The notes beneath the pieces were generated by a model. That model was given only the letters and a program-made list of their open reading frames with translations, was not told where the DNA came from and searched no databases. This document shows, in pieces, positions 53,701 through 64,000 of a DNA stretch of 64,000 bases. The first letter of the stretch is position 1, and every line of letters starts with the position of its first letter. This stretch comes from an uncultured Burkholderiales bacterium (GTDB lineage Bacteria; Pseudomonadota; Gammaproteobacteria; Burkholderiales; Eutrophovitaceae). The stretch covers positions 91-64,090 of the forward strand of contig CATOSA010000006.1 in the NCBI GenBank assembly GCA_951812315.1. The letters are read 5' to 3'. The translations under genes and the position numbers were made by a program.

Positions 53701-54660
53701 GCGCGGCCGCTGGCGACGGTCGGAAAGGCGCCGATCAAGGCACAAGTCATCCATTCCATTAACAAGCCGATGCCCGGCGGCTTGCCCAAGAAAACTGCGC
53801 GCGCTTTGCTTGATGTCGAGGACCCGAACATTGTTCCCGTTATTCGCAATCCGAACAGGTCGGGCGACGATGCGGAAACGGTGTTCTACTTCCCGGGTTG
53901 CGGAAGCGAGCGGCTGTTCAGCCAGGTCGGGCTTGCAACCCAGGCAATGCTTTATGACATCGGCACGACTACCGTTCTTCCTCCGGGATACTTGTGTTGT
54001 GGGTATCCGCAAACGGCCGCCGGTCAACACGATCGCGGCCAGAAGATCATTACTGACAATTGCGTGTTGTTCCATCGGCTTGCCAACACGCTCAATTACC
54101 TCGATATCAAGACGGTGATTGTCTCCTGTGGAACTTGCATGGATCAGCTGCAGCACTACGAGTTCGAAAGAATATTCCCCGGCTGTCGCTTGCTCGACAT
54201 TCACGAATATCTCCTCGAGAAAGGCGTCCGCCTCGAGGGCGTCAAGGGTGTGCGGTACATGTACCACGATCCCTGTCATACGCCGATGAAAACGTACCAA
54301 CCAATGAAAGTTGTCAACGATCTGATGGGCACGCTGGTCGCTCTGAATGACCGCTGTTGTGGAGAGTCCGGCACGCTGGCGATTTCACGGCCTGATGTGT
54401 CCACACAGGTTCGTTTTCGCAAGCACGAAGAGATGAAGAAAGGCGTGGATGCAATACGTTCGCTTGAAGGTGATGCTGACGTCCGTATTCTGACATCATG
54501 TCCGTCCTGTTTGCAGGGTCTGGCGCGCTACCGAGACGATGTTGGCGTTGATGCGGATTACATCGTTGTTGAAATGGCAAAAAATCTGCTCGGCCCGGAC
54601 TGGATGGCCGAATACGTGGCACGGGCCAACAAGGGTGGAATTGAGCGGGTCTTGCTGTGA
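50787..54660 (+). pseudogene. DUF3683 + FAD-linked oxidase (GlcD-like) + Fe-S/CCG (GlcF-like) fusion oxidoreductase, frameshifted
   Basis: ORFs 50787-51854 and 51595-54660 are consecutive parts of one protein of about 1,290 aa. The frame changes at about 51618, between ...FAVDPTSA and [13 protein letters not shown] (one extra G). Confidence 0.65.
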
Positions 54661-54689
54661 CCTTGCACGATCATACCGGGGTGTAGGCG

Positions 54690-55145
54690 TTGAGCGCGAT
54701 TGCAACGAATTGCTCCGGGGAAACCGTCCGCCAATGCCAGCTGTGCGAAGAAGCCGGCGGCGAAGTCGTCTGGTCAAACGCTTTGGCGCGTGTCGTAAAT
54801 GTCAACGACAAGGATCACCCGGGATTTTGCCGGGTAATACTTCAGCGGCACGTTCGCGAGATGACCGATCTTCCTGAACATGAGCGCGTCGAGTTCATGC
54901 GCGTTGTATTCGCAGTTGAACTTGCGCAACGAACACTGCTATCGCCGGAGAAGATAAACCTCGCAAGTCTCGGCAATATGGTCGCCCATCTGCACTGGCA
55001 TGTGATTCCGCGATTTGCGTCGGATCCGCAATTTCCGAATCCCGTATGGGTAGGCAAGACGGGTGGCGCGGCGCAGATACTTCCCCAAGACTACTGGGTC
55101 CGATTGCGCGAAGAACTGATCCAGTCTCTGGGCCCGGCCGATTAG
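54690..55145 (+). CDS. HIT-family hydrolase
   Basis: Histidine triad HLHWHVIPR. The start codon is uncertain (TTG 54690). Confidence 0.7.
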   Translation: MSAIATNCSGETVRQCQLCEEAGGEVVWSNALARVVNVNDKDHPGFCRVILQRHVREMTDLPEHERVEFMRVVFAVELAQRTLLSPEKINLASLGNMVAHLHWHVIPRFASDPQFPNPVWVGKTGGAAQILPQDYWVRLREELIQSLGPAD

Positions 55146-56491
55146 TCGCCTTCTCGTTGTTCCAGGCCGACTACTGAACTGGTGTCTTGATCGGGTGGCG
55201 CGACGACCCGCGAAGCGGGAAAAATGAGGCTGAATCTGCTACCTGAACCGGGCTGGCTGTCGATGTCGAGCCGAGCCTGGTGGCGGTTGGCAATGTACTT
55301 GACGATCGCGAGCCCAAGGCCGGTGCCACCCGATTCGCGCGAGCGGCCTTTGTCCACCCGGTAAAAACGCTCCGTCAATCGTGCAAGGTGAACCGGATCG
55401 ACGCCAATGCCGGTGTCAGTAACTACAAATGCCGGGTTGCCGTCTATCTCTTCCCAGATTAGCCCAATTGTTCCTCCGTCCGGCGTATAGCGCACCGCGT
55501 TACTTACCAGGTTTTCGAATGCGCTTCGCAGTTCCTCGGCGCTTCCTTTGAGCCACACCTGGGTCTGTACTTGCGCACGAATCTTGTGCCGGGAACCAGA
55601 CAATGCTTTCGCTTGCTCTAGCAACGATTGAGTGAGCACCGGGACGTTGATGTCTTCGTCTACCGGCGCATTCATTGGATTTCCCAGCTGCGAAAGTGTC
55701 AGCAGGTCTTCAACCAGACGGTTCATACGTGCTGTTTGTTCGGACATCAATTTGACGCTATTGGTCAGAAAATCCGGATCCGTAATCTGCGACTCGCGAA
55801 GCGTTTCAAGGTAACCGTGGACCACCGTTAATGGAGTGCGCAACTCATGCGAGACGTTCGCGATGAAATCACGGCGCGTTGTCTCCAGTCGATCGAGACG
55901 GGTAATATCGCGGCCGAGCAGCAACTTCTGCGAGTCTCCATATGGGACGAGCTGGATAAGAACGACGCGTTTGCCCTGTTCAGCGACAATGCGTAAGTTG
56001 AGCGGTTCCGATGTGTCGCCAGACTTCAGATAGGCTGAGAATCTCGGTTGGCGCAGGATGTTGGTAATTTGCGCCCCTTGATCGCGAGTTGCCCGCAGTC
56101 CGAAATATGTCTCAGCCTTGGGGTTGCACCAGGCAATTTCGTCGTTGTCGTCCAGCATGACCACCGCGTCCGGAAAAGCGGTAATTGCGAGTTGAAATCG
56201 TTCCAGCGCTTTTGAAAGCCCGAGCTCGGAGTTGCGTTGCCATTTGAGCAGTCGCTGCATGTACGAGAATACGTACTCCCACGAGCCGTTGCCTTGCGGG
56301 ACAGTTTTGGCGCGTGGATCCCGTAACCAATGAAACAGCAGCGACAGGTTATAGATGTGGTGCGACAGCAGAACAAGTAATCCAACTACCAGAACGATCA
56401 GCGCAACTGTCGGGCCGAATATCGGCCAACTCAACAAAGCCACTGCGAGCAGCAGGAACAGGGTAGACAGGGGACTGCCCCACATTTTCAT
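55142..56491 (-). CDS. phoR: Phosphate regulon sensor histidine kinase PhoR
   Basis: 449 aa with two N-terminal TM segments, a PAS domain and the H-box SHELRTPLT. Located downstream of phoB. Confidence 0.85.
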   Translation of the reverse strand: MKMWGSPLSTLFLLLAVALLSWPIFGPTVALIVLVVGLLVLLSHHIYNLSLLFHWLRDPRAKTVPQGNGSWEYVFSYMQRLLKWQRNSELGLSKALERFQLAITAFPDAVVMLDDNDEIAWCNPKAETYFGLRATRDQGAQITNILRQPRFSAYLKSGDTSEPLNLRIVAEQGKRVVLIQLVPYGDSQKLLLGRDITRLDRLETTRRDFIANVSHELRTPLTVVHGYLETLRESQITDPDFLTNSVKLMSEQTARMNRLVEDLLTLSQLGNPMNAPVDEDINVPVLTQSLLEQAKALSGSRHKIRAQVQTQVWLKGSAEELRSAFENLVSNAVRYTPDGGTIGLIWEEIDGNPAFVVTDTGIGVDPVHLARLTERFYRVDKGRSRESGGTGLGLAIVKYIANRHQARLDIDSQPGSGSRFSLIFPASRVVAPPDQDTSSVVGLEQREGD

Positions 56492-56612
56492 CGAACCTGG
56501 GAATTCGGACGGGAACGGGATTTGATTATCCCAAAATAAGGCGTGCCCGAGTAAGTGCCTCTACCGGGCGTATCGGAATGGCTCCGTCAAGCCCGGTTCG
56601 GAATGATTCGCG

Positions 56613-57299
56613 TTACGAAGCAGATAATCGGTAGCCGGTGCCGCGCACTGTCTGAATCAGGCTGTCGAATCGTTCCGGTTCCAGTGCTTTACGAAGGCGC
56701 TGGATATGTACGTCGACTGTGCGCTCTTCGACGAATACGTGATCTCCCCACACCTGGTCGAGTAACTGGGTGCGCGAATGCACTCTTCCCGGATGCGTGA
56801 TCAGAAAGTGAAGCAGGCGAAACTCCGTCGGACCCAGTTTGACGTCATTTCCATGGGCGGAAACCCGATGACTCGCCGGATCGAGATGCAAATCTCCAAC
56901 GCGAACTTCGTCACTTGTCATTTGCGGCGCGCGCCGTCGCAGTACGGCTTTGATACGGGCGTTTAACTCCCGCGGCGAGAACGGCTTGGTGATGTAGTCG
57001 TCGGCCCCTGTCTCCAGACCCAGCAGCTTGTCGCCTTCCTCTGAACGTGCGCTGAGCATTATGATCGGTATGTTCCTGGTTCTTTCGTGGCCACGCAGCC
57101 GTTTTGCGACATCGATGCCACTAGCGCCGGGCAGCATCCAGTCGAGCAGAATCAGGTCGGGCAGCACATTTGCAATCATTTGCAAGGCTTGCTCTGCGCT
57201 TTCCGCACACAACGGCTCATGGCCTGCTTGCTTCAGGTTATAAGCAATCAGATCGAGTATTGCGGGTTCGTCTTCAACAACGAGTACGGTCGCGGCCAT
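56613..57299 (-). CDS. phoB: Phosphate regulon response regulator PhoB
   Basis: 228 aa, OmpR-family receiver plus winged helix, paired with phoR. Confidence 0.85.
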   Translation of the reverse strand: MAATVLVVEDEPAILDLIAYNLKQAGHEPLCAESAEQALQMIANVLPDLILLDWMLPGASGIDVAKRLRGHERTRNIPIIMLSARSEEGDKLLGLETGADDYITKPFSPRELNARIKAVLRRRAPQMTSDEVRVGDLHLDPASHRVSAHGNDVKLGPTEFRLLHFLITHPGRVHSRTQLLDQVWGDHVFVEERTVDVHIQRLRKALEPERFDSLIQTVRGTGYRLSAS

Positions 57300-57340
57300 A
57301 CGAAATGTTTTGGGGTCACTTTTGAGGGATTTGTAATAGT

Positions 57341-57369
57341 ATGAATTAATTGTTACAAGTTTGTGACGA
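57341..57369 (-). promoter_or_regulatory. Candidate Pho box upstream of phoB
   Basis: The minus strand reads TCGTCACAAACTTGTAACAATTAATTCAT, with 7-mers at 11-bp phase. 12 of 18 positions match CTGTCATAAAACTGTCAC. It lies 42-70 nt upstream of the phoB ATG. Confidence 0.4.
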
Positions 57370-57450
57370 TACGTTTCCGTATACTCGTCTCTCGTGATTG
57401 CCGAATACGCGCAATCGAACGGCTGATTTCAAACCTATAGAAGGCTGAGC

Positions 57451-57825
57451 GTGCCAGATCCGCAAAAAGGGGTTGCCCGCCCCACTGACATTATTCTTCA
57501 CCAGCAATCGCGTATGCTGGAGGTCGCATTCGACGACGGAAAGCGGTTCAAACTGTCGTGCGAGTACCTGCGTGTGCATTCACCGTCGGCAGAGGTTCGC
57601 GGTCACGGCGCGGGGCAAGAGGTCCTTCAGACAGGAAAGAAAGATGTCACCATACGAGCCGTCGAGCCGGTAGGAAATTATGCCGTCAAACTGGTTTTCA
57701 GTGATGGTCACGATACCGGTTTGTATGCGTGGGATTATTTGTACTCTCTCGGTATCGAAAACGACGCAAACTGGAAGGTCTACCTGGAACGTCTTGATCA
57801 GGCTGGTGCGAGCCGGGACGCCTGA
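57451..57825 (+). CDS. DUF971 domain protein
   Basis: 124 aa with the DUF971-like repeats L.V.F.DG..F.L..EYLR and VKLVFSDGHDTG. Typical neighbour upstream of ubiE. Confidence 0.65.
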   Translation: MPDPQKGVARPTDIILHQQSRMLEVAFDDGKRFKLSCEYLRVHSPSAEVRGHGAGQEVLQTGKKDVTIRAVEPVGNYAVKLVFSDGHDTGLYAWDYLYSLGIENDANWKVYLERLDQAGASRDA

Positions 57826-57843
57826 TAGTCGAACGGCCTGCCA

Positions 57844-58578
57844 GTGACCAAGACCACACATTTCGGATTTGAAGCGGTAGACGAGCGCCAAAAGGCTGCC
57901 AAGGTAGGCGGCGTGTTCAGCTCCGTCGCACCACGCTACGATTTGATGAACGATCTGATGTCGGCGGGCCTGCATCGATTGTGGAAGCGATTTGCCGTTG
58001 AACTTGCCAGGGTGCGCACAGGTGAGAAGGTGCTCGACGTCGCAGGCGGCACGGGGGACCTGTCCATGCTGCTCGCGAAGCGGGCAGGAGAGTCCGGACA
58101 GGTCTGGCTTACCGATATTAATGCCCAGATGTTGGTCCGCGGACGGGATCGGGCGATTGACGCGGGTTGTGCGCTTCCGGTGATGCGCAGCGACGCAGAA
58201 AAGCTGCCATTTGCTGCGAACTATTTTGACTGCGTAACCGTCGCTTTCGGGTTGCGCAACATGACCCACAAGGACGTCGCGCTTGGAGAAATGCTGCGCG
58301 TGCTGCGACCGGGAGGGCGTCTGGTTATTCTCGAGTTCTCGCGTGTGTGGCAGCCTCTGTCGCCCCTGTTCGATGCATATGCATTCAATGTCTTGCCGGT
58401 GCTTGGGAAACTCGTCATCAAGGATGCGGACAGCTATCGTTACCTCGCCGAGTCAATACGTGTACATCCGTCGCAAGAAGAACTTGCCGAATTGATGCGC
58501 GGGACCGGATTCGAACGGGTCGACTTTTTCAATTTGAGTGCCGGCGTCGCTGCGGTACACCGCGGTTTCAAGAGCTGA
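57844..58578 (+). CDS. ubiE: Ubiquinone/menaquinone C-methyltransferase UbiE
   Basis: 244 aa with the SAM motif [11 protein letters not shown]. Confidence 0.9.
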   Translation: MTKTTHFGFEAVDERQKAAKVGGVFSSVAPRYDLMNDLMSAGLHRLWKRFAVELARVRTGEKVLDVAGGTGDLSMLLAKRAGESGQVWLTDINAQMLVRGRDRAIDAGCALPVMRSDAEKLPFAANYFDCVTVAFGLRNMTHKDVALGEMLRVLRPGGRLVILEFSRVWQPLSPLFDAYAFNVLPVLGKLVIKDADSYRYLAESIRVHPSQEELAELMRGTGFERVDFFNLSAGVAAVHRGFKS

Positions 58579-58588
58579 CGGTGCAACT

Positions 58589-59176
58589 GTGCTGAACAGT
58601 TTGTCTTCCACACTCGCGCAGCACTTGCTCGAGCAAGCCGATTGGGCGCGTGCCCGCCTCGCGGAGCATTGCGGAAAACGGGTGCGAGTCGAATTGCCAA
58701 TGGGAGTGCTGTCGGTTGAAATTGCCGAAGACGGACAGGTGTTGCAGGCTTCGCTGGATGAGACGCCTGATTTGGTGATCACATTGCCGCCATTGGCAGC
58801 GGTGCAGTGGATTTCAGATCGCCAGAGCGCATGGCGCGAGGCTCGCGTTGAAGGAGACGTAGAGTTGGCGGCGGCGATCTCGGATGTCGCGACAAACCTA
58901 CGTTGGGATTTCGAGGAAGACCTGAGCGGTGTGGTTGGTGATGTCGCGGCGCAACGCATCGGGCAAAGTGTGCGCCGATTATCGGTATGGCCCCGGGATG
59001 CCGCAGAATCGGCTGCCCGGGGCGTAGCCGAATTCCTCGCCGAGGAAATTTATATGCTTGCAACTCCACTGCAGGTCGAGACGTTCACGAAAGACGTTGA
59101 TGAACTTCGAGACTCGGTCGAACGTTTGCAAAAGCGTATGGACCGACTTGCAGACTCGATAGCCGGACCACGCTAA
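58589..59176 (+). CDS. ubiJ: Ubiquinone biosynthesis accessory factor UbiJ (SCP2 domain)
   Basis: Positioned between ubiE and ubiB. I prefer GTG 58589 (11 nt after the ubiE stop) over GTG 58538. Confidence 0.7.
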   Translation: MLNSLSSTLAQHLLEQADWARARLAEHCGKRVRVELPMGVLSVEIAEDGQVLQASLDETPDLVITLPPLAAVQWISDRQSAWREARVEGDVELAAAISDVATNLRWDFEEDLSGVVGDVAAQRIGQSVRRLSVWPRDAAESAARGVAEFLAEEIYMLATPLQVETFTKDVDELRDSVERLQKRMDRLADSIAGPR

Positions 59177-59188
59177 CCGGCCGGGCGC

Positions 59189-60715
59189 ATGCAGCTGTTT
59201 CGTCTTTGGAAGATCTTCTTCGTTTCGCTGCGATTCGGGCTTGACGATTTTGCAACCGAGCACGTTCGGTTGCGCTTCCTGCGCATGCCATTGCGCTCAA
59301 TGCTGTTCTGGCGCTCACTGGATCGCCCGCGTGGGGAACGACTACGCATGGCGCTGGAAGCGCTTGGACCGATTTTTGTAAAGTTTGGCCAGGTCTTGTC
59401 AACGCGGCCCGATTTGCTGCCGCCAGATCTGGTTGAAGAACTGGTGTTGCTGCAGGATCAGGTGCCGGCGTTTCCCTATCCCCAGGTCCAGGAAATTGTG
59501 ACCCGTGTTTACGCTGACCGGGAAGGCGGCGTGTTTGCGAATTTCGAACCGGTGGCCATCGCAAGCGCGTCGGTCGCCCAGGTGCACTTCGCAACCCTGC
59601 ACGACGGCCGAGAGGTTGCCGTCAAGGTGCTGCGCCCCGGCATCGCAAAGGTTATTGAAGGTGACGTTGCGCTGTTACAAGTCGCTGCCGGGCTGATCGA
59701 AAGAATGTGGGCAGACGGCAAACGACTCAGGCCGCGCGAAGTGGTTGAGGAATTTCGCAAGCATCTGGACGAAGAACTGGACTTGATGCGCGAGGCGGCG
59801 AACGCGAGTCAGTTGAGAAGAAATTTTCCTGAAGCGAGACTATTGTCCGTTCCCGAAGTGTATTGGGATTACTGCACCACCGAGGTAATGGTGATGCAAC
59901 GCATGTCGGGCACACCGATCAACCAGATCGACCGGCTCCGGGAGCAAGGCATTGACCTGAAGCGGCTTGCCACAGCGGGTGTCGACATCTTTTTCACACA
60001 GGTATTTCGCGACGGCTTTTTTCATGCCGACATGCATCCCGGAAACATCCTGGTTAGTCCCGATGGCAGCTATGTGGCACTTGATTTCGGCATCATGGGA
60101 ACGCTCACTAATATCGACAAGGACTACCTTGTCAGAAATTTCGTGGCGTTTTTCCGGCGCGACTACCGGCGGGTAGCGCAGGCGCATGTCGACGCAGGTT
60201 GGGTGCCGCCAGACACGCGAGTTGATGAATTCGAGTCTGCAATACGCGCGGTTTGCGAGCCGATATTTGACAAACCGCTCAGGGAAATATCGTTCGGCAA
60301 ACTGTTGCTACGCCTGTTCCAGACGTCGCGTCGATTCAATGTTGAAATACAGCCGCAACTGGTGCTGCTGCAAAAAACATTGTTGAACATCGAAGGGCTG
60401 GGGCGCGAACTCGACCCGGATCTCGATCTTTGGAAAACGGCCAAGCCGTATCTTGAGAAGTGGATGTCGGAGCAGCTTGGCGTGCGCGCTCTGGTCGACA
60501 ATATCCGCCAGGAAATGCCGTTCTGGTCCACTACAGTGCCGCAGTTCCCGCGACTGTTGCATTCCTACTTGTCCAGAGAAAGTGCGCAACAGGATATGCG
60601 TGCCGACGTCGAACTTCTAGGTGGAAAGATCGGCCGTATGAATGCCTGGCTGGCCGGCGTCACTGTTTTCCTGGGAATCATCACAGCCTTGCTGCTGTTC
60701 CTTTTGTTGCGCTAG
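59189..60715 (+). CDS. ubiB: Ubiquinone biosynthesis regulatory kinase-like protein UbiB
   Basis: 508 aa with an ABC1/UbiB kinase-like domain and a C-terminal TM helix. Confidence 0.9.
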   Translation: MQLFRLWKIFFVSLRFGLDDFATEHVRLRFLRMPLRSMLFWRSLDRPRGERLRMALEALGPIFVKFGQVLSTRPDLLPPDLVEELVLLQDQVPAFPYPQVQEIVTRVYADREGGVFANFEPVAIASASVAQVHFATLHDGREVAVKVLRPGIAKVIEGDVALLQVAAGLIERMWADGKRLRPREVVEEFRKHLDEELDLMREAANASQLRRNFPEARLLSVPEVYWDYCTTEVMVMQRMSGTPINQIDRLREQGIDLKRLATAGVDIFFTQVFRDGFFHADMHPGNILVSPDGSYVALDFGIMGTLTNIDKDYLVRNFVAFFRRDYRRVAQAHVDAGWVPPDTRVDEFESAIRAVCEPIFDKPLREISFGKLLLRLFQTSRRFNVEIQPQLVLLQKTLLNIEGLGRELDPDLDLWKTAKPYLEKWMSEQLGVRALVDNIRQEMPFWSTTVPQFPRLLHSYLSRESAQQDMRADVELLGGKIGRMNAWLAGVTVFLGIITALLLFLLLR

Positions 60716-60739
60716 CAACTCCCTGCCGGCATCTGCCGC

Positions 60740-60781
60740 TTGTCAGAAAGCTGTAATCAAAGCGTCATATTTCGTTGTCAC
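60740..60781 (+). promoter_or_regulatory. Pho boxes upstream of the phosphate porin gene
   Basis: TTGTCAG, CTGTAAT and GCGTCAT occur at exact 11-bp phase (60740, 60751, 60762), and TTGTCAC at 60775. Compare the consensus CTGTCAT-N4-CTGTCAT. Confidence 0.55.
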
Positions 60782-60867
60782 AATCCGCTCCGTTGAAGCA
60801 CGGCGGCTTTGCGCCGGAACCCGGGCCAGCATGGCCGCAGAATTCGTATCCACATCAGGAGAGGAAA

Positions 60868-62223
60868 ATGCAAGTCCCAATCAACGAGAAACTCAAGCAA
60901 TGTGTCATTGCCGCCTCGATTGCTGCCATGTTTGGCGGCGTGTCTATGTCTGTGCACGCAGAATCAAACATGGAGAACTTGATCGAGAAGCTGCATGACA
61001 GAGGCGTATTGACTGACGACGAATTTGAGGAAATGAGCGAGCAGGCACGCGTCGACCGCGAAGCCGAAGAGGCTGCTGCTGACGAGAGCGTAAGTGCTCT
61101 TGGCAGTTATGCTGACGGCTTCTCCTGGAGTAGTGGTGACGGCGGATCAAGAATCGCAGTTGCCGGGCGCATACAGTTTGACTACCGCGCCTTTGACAAC
61201 AATGGCACGCCGAATACGTTCGATATTCGCCGTGCCTATCTGGGCGTAAAAGGTCAGCTTTACAAGAACTGGACCTATGAATTGACCGGGGATTTTGCAA
61301 ACGACACCCTCGAATATGCATTCCTCGATTACAAGTGGAGCAACCTTGCGCGGGCCCGCGGCGGCGCGTTCAAGTTCCCGTTCAGTTTCGAGGAACTGAC
61401 CAGCTCGCGTTTTATAGACTTTACCGAAAGATCGTTGATTAACAGGTGGGTGCCCGGCAAAGACCAGGGTGCGCTGCTTTACGGCGGTTCCAAGAAGGGC
61501 TGGTCATATGGCATCTCGGTTGCCAACGGTGAGGGCAAAAACAGGGATGAACAGAATGCCGGCATTGATGACAAGGACGTCATCGGCCGCGTTTCCTATA
61601 ACTTTGCGCCGCTGCTGAATTGGCAAGATGGTGTTTTCCATGCGGGTCTTGGTTACACCGTTGGTGTTCGTGACAACACCAGCCCCGGCCGGGCAACGAC
61701 AGAAGGCCGGGGCGCAACATTCTTCAGGGCGACTGCAGCGCCGATGGGTGCCGAACTGGATCGCACACGCCAGTTGTTTGAGGGCATGCTGGCGTTCGGC
61801 CCGGTCAAGCTGCAGGGCGAAGTCCTGAACGCCAATTTTCAGGGTGAAGGTGGTTATGACAGAGACATTGACATCTACTATGTGTCAGCCAGCTGGATGA
61901 TCACTGGCGAAAGATATGTCAAGAACTACACATCCGGCGGCATGAGACGTATCAAGCCGAATCAGCCGGTCCAGGGCGGCGGCTGGGGCGCCTGGGAGCT
62001 TGGTGTGCGTTTCAGTAACTTTGATGCGCCACAGTATGCCAACACCGCGACATCAACCAACAATGCTGATGGTTTGACAATTGGCCTGAAATGGATACCG
62101 GACCCGTTGGTGCGAATCCTGGTCGACTACGTTGACACGAGCTACAGCACGCCAATTCTTGCTGACGGTACACCGGTCAATGGCGAGAAAGCGTTTAACT
62201 TCCGCGCGCAGCTCGACTTCTAG
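60868..62223 (+). CDS. oprP: Phosphate-selective porin O/P family protein
   Basis: ATG 60868 follows AGGAGAGG. Signal peptide ending VHA, beta-barrel-length protein ending ...RAQLDF, and Pho boxes upstream. Confidence 0.75.
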   Translation: MQVPINEKLKQCVIAASIAAMFGGVSMSVHAESNMENLIEKLHDRGVLTDDEFEEMSEQARVDREAEEAAADESVSALGSYADGFSWSSGDGGSRIAVAGRIQFDYRAFDNNGTPNTFDIRRAYLGVKGQLYKNWTYELTGDFANDTLEYAFLDYKWSNLARARGGAFKFPFSFEELTSSRFIDFTERSLINRWVPGKDQGALLYGGSKKGWSYGISVANGEGKNRDEQNAGIDDKDVIGRVSYNFAPLLNWQDGVFHAGLGYTVGVRDNTSPGRATTEGRGATFFRATAAPMGAELDRTRQLFEGMLAFGPVKLQGEVLNANFQGEGGYDRDIDIYYVSASWMITGERYVKNYTSGGMRRIKPNQPVQGGGWGAWELGVRFSNFDAPQYANTATSTNNADGLTIGLKWIPDPLVRILVDYVDTSYSTPILADGTPVNGEKAFNFRAQLDF

Positions 62224-62277
62224 GTTATCTCCCGGGTATGACAGGGGGCGCTATCCCCCCTGATTTGGCAGGCTCTC

Positions 62278-62323
62278 AAAAACCGCGATTGATCGCTACC
62301 CCTGCGGCGATCGCGGTTTTTTT
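62278..62323. terminator. Bidirectional rho-independent terminator between convergent genes
   Basis: AAAAACCGCGAT ... ATCGCGGTTTTTTT: 8-bp GC-rich stem with an A-tract before it and a T-tract after it. Confidence 0.7.
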
Positions 62324-62344
62324 GTGTTGTCGTCGCCAAATACG

Positions 62345-63310
62345 CTATGCGGTCTTCTGATAGGCTGAACGCATTGCATCGAGAAAGCGGTCTGTCTCGC
62401 TTTCGGGGAGGAAATCTATTCCGGCCGCACCTTCACGTCCCCCGCCCGACTCGAACTTTCGGGCAAGATCGGAGGCGCCTCTTGGGCGCTCCAGCGGTGC
62501 CCGGATGCTGACCAGGTGTCCGCCGGCGCGGGCGACGAGCACTGCGTGTGCGCGCAACGGATATTGGTGGGCAAGATTGTTTGCGTATGCGCCAACGACA
62601 CGCCTGCTCCAGCTTGCGTTTGGCAGTACGGCGTAGGCACTGCCATCGCCTACCGGAGTTACAGTGGTTGAGCGGGCATTTTGCAGGTCACTGCCCATGC
62701 GCTTGCGGAGTGATTCGAACACGTCGCAATCGCGTATGAACTTGTAGGGATCGGAGAAAGGCTTGAGCAGTGTGAACAGGTCCGCCGGCTGATACAACAA
62801 GTCGGCCACTGATTCACCATAGGCGTTATAGTTCAGGCACACACCGAGTTCACGCAATAATGCGGTGTCGGCAGGTGACATGCCGAGAGCCGCAGCAGCG
62901 CCACGCGCTGTTTCGTCCAGGTTGTCACCAAATGCCGCAACAATTGCCCACCCACGATACTTTCCGTTCAGGTGCCGATCGACGATAAGGCTGCTGCACA
63001 TTTGCGCATCGGTATCGATATGAGGCGTAAACGCCGGATGTACGGGAATGTCACCAGGATGATGATGATCAAACCAGCTCACGCGCGCGCCGTTTTCCAG
63101 CACGCGTAGCAGCGCCTGCCGATTTGCATCGAGTGATACGTCGAGTACGATGACTTCATCATCCGGCTGCGCGTCGACCCGCTCAAGCAGTTTGATGTCG
63201 CGTTTGACACCGGTAACAAGGGTCGAATCGCAGGGTTTGTTCAGGCGTAATTGCAGCAAAGCGCACAGGCCATCCGCATCGCCATTGAATACGTCGTAAT
63301 ATTTTGCCAT
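62345..63310 (-). CDS. DHH-family phosphoesterase
   Basis: 321 aa with DHH motifs in order: NGDADG, VLDVS, FDHHH. Confidence 0.6.
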   Translation of the reverse strand: MAKYYDVFNGDADGLCALLQLRLNKPCDSTLVTGVKRDIKLLERVDAQPDDEVIVLDVSLDANRQALLRVLENGARVSWFDHHHPGDIPVHPAFTPHIDTDAQMCSSLIVDRHLNGKYRGWAIVAAFGDNLDETARGAAAALGMSPADTALLRELGVCLNYNAYGESVADLLYQPADLFTLLKPFSDPYKFIRDCDVFESLRKRMGSDLQNARSTTVTPVGDGSAYAVLPNASWSRRVVGAYANNLAHQYPLRAHAVLVARAGGHLVSIRAPLERPRGASDLARKFESGGGREGAAGIDFLPESETDRFLDAMRSAYQKTA

Positions 63311-63384
63311 TGGCTACTCCTTTGAATCATCCGGTGGGAAGGCGGGTCAGCCCGGCAGGGCGTGGATCTGATGCCAACTGAAAT

Positions 63385-64000
63385 ATGAGCGGGCTACAAC
63401 ACACGCATAGCGGACCATTTGTCCGAAGTTCCAGACTGGTCGCCTACTTGACGGTAACTTACCTCGTCCTGGTGGTCTACACCAGCTTGCATCCCTTTTC
63501 GCAATGGCGAGCGCCCGCGCAGGAAGTTCGGGAATTTCTGATCGCGCCCTGGCCGGTGTATTTCACCTGGGGCGATCTCGCACTAAACGTGCTCGCTTAT
63601 GTCCCCGTTGGCGCACTGGTGACGCTGGTTTTGATCCCCTACATGCGCGCCGCTGTTGCCGCGACCAGTGCGGCGCTGCTGGCGATTGGTCTGAGCCTTT
63701 CAATTGAAGTTGCCCAGGTATTTCTGCCGGGGCGCATTCCGGCCAACGCTGACTTGCTGTGCAATGGGCTTGGCGCGCTGGCCGGCGCGATGCTGGCCGT
63801 AGTAATCGCGGGCCGTAGTCAGCCTTTCGCCAGGCTGTATCGTCTGCGTGAACGACTGTTTCACGCAGGCACACCAGTAGACATCTGCTTTTTGCTACTT
63901 GCACTATGGTTGGCGACACAATTTAACGCCGAGATCAGGCTGTTCGGTAACGGCGACATCCGCCACCTCCTTGCCGAGCGTTCCCGGCGTCGGCTACAGC
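63385..64000 (+). CDS. VanZ-family membrane protein (partial, runs off the window)
   Basis: I translated this frame by hand from ATG 63385 and found no stop before the window end. It shows TM segments and the VanZ-like motif SIEVAQVFLPGRIPANADLLCNGLGALAG. It is absent from the ORF track because it has no stop. Confidence 0.55.
   Translation, partial: MSGLQHTHSGPFVRSSRLVAYLTVTYLVLVVYTSLHPFSQWRAPAQEVREFLIAPWPVYFTWGDLALNVLAYVPVGALVTLVLIPYMRAAVAATSAALLAIGLSLSIEVAQVFLPGRIPANADLLCNGLGALAGAMLAVVIAGRSQPFARLYRLRERLFHAGTPVDICFLLLALWLATQFNAEIRLFGNGDIRHLLAERSRRRLQ

Overview
The window is 64 kb of chromosome from a Gram-negative proteobacterium. The gene order gatCAB<>mreBCD-mrdA-rodA-rlpA, leuS-lptE, metXW, polA/thrB, phoBR and ubiE-ubiJ-ubiB is typical of beta/gamma-proteobacteria. 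Phosphoribulokinase and a SorAB-like sulfite dehydrogenase locus hint at a chemolithoautotroph, but this is unproven. About 60 genes are mostly housekeeping: replication and repair, cell-shape machinery, translation, ubiquinone synthesis and the Pho regulon. There is also one tRNA-Arg(CCG), a cobalamin riboswitch ahead of a BtuB-like receptor, a TRAP transporter and a small accessory stretch (about 9.9-18.4 kb). That stretch holds DUF2817, DUF2235, cupin/amidohydrolase, TauD and methyltransferase genes, plus a degenerate IS407-like element lying next to a second transposase remnant and a truncated AI-2E transporter gene. I found no CRISPR array, prophage, recognisable defence system or clearly novel multi-gene system. 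Two recurring themes stand out. (1) Six short tandem arrays (14-19 bp units, 3-5 copies) sit against start or stop codons. The clearest is a 17-bp array that duplicates the gatB initiation region and creates a chain of three 4-codon mini-ORFs between gatA and gatB. (2) Gene decay is unusually dense: in-frame stops or frameshifts hit a SorA-like gene, a DUF2817 gene, a 1,290-aa DUF3683 oxidoreductase and both IS ORFs. This decay could instead be sequence error. All calls come from reading the sequence and translated ORFs and recalling family motifs; no searches or models were run.
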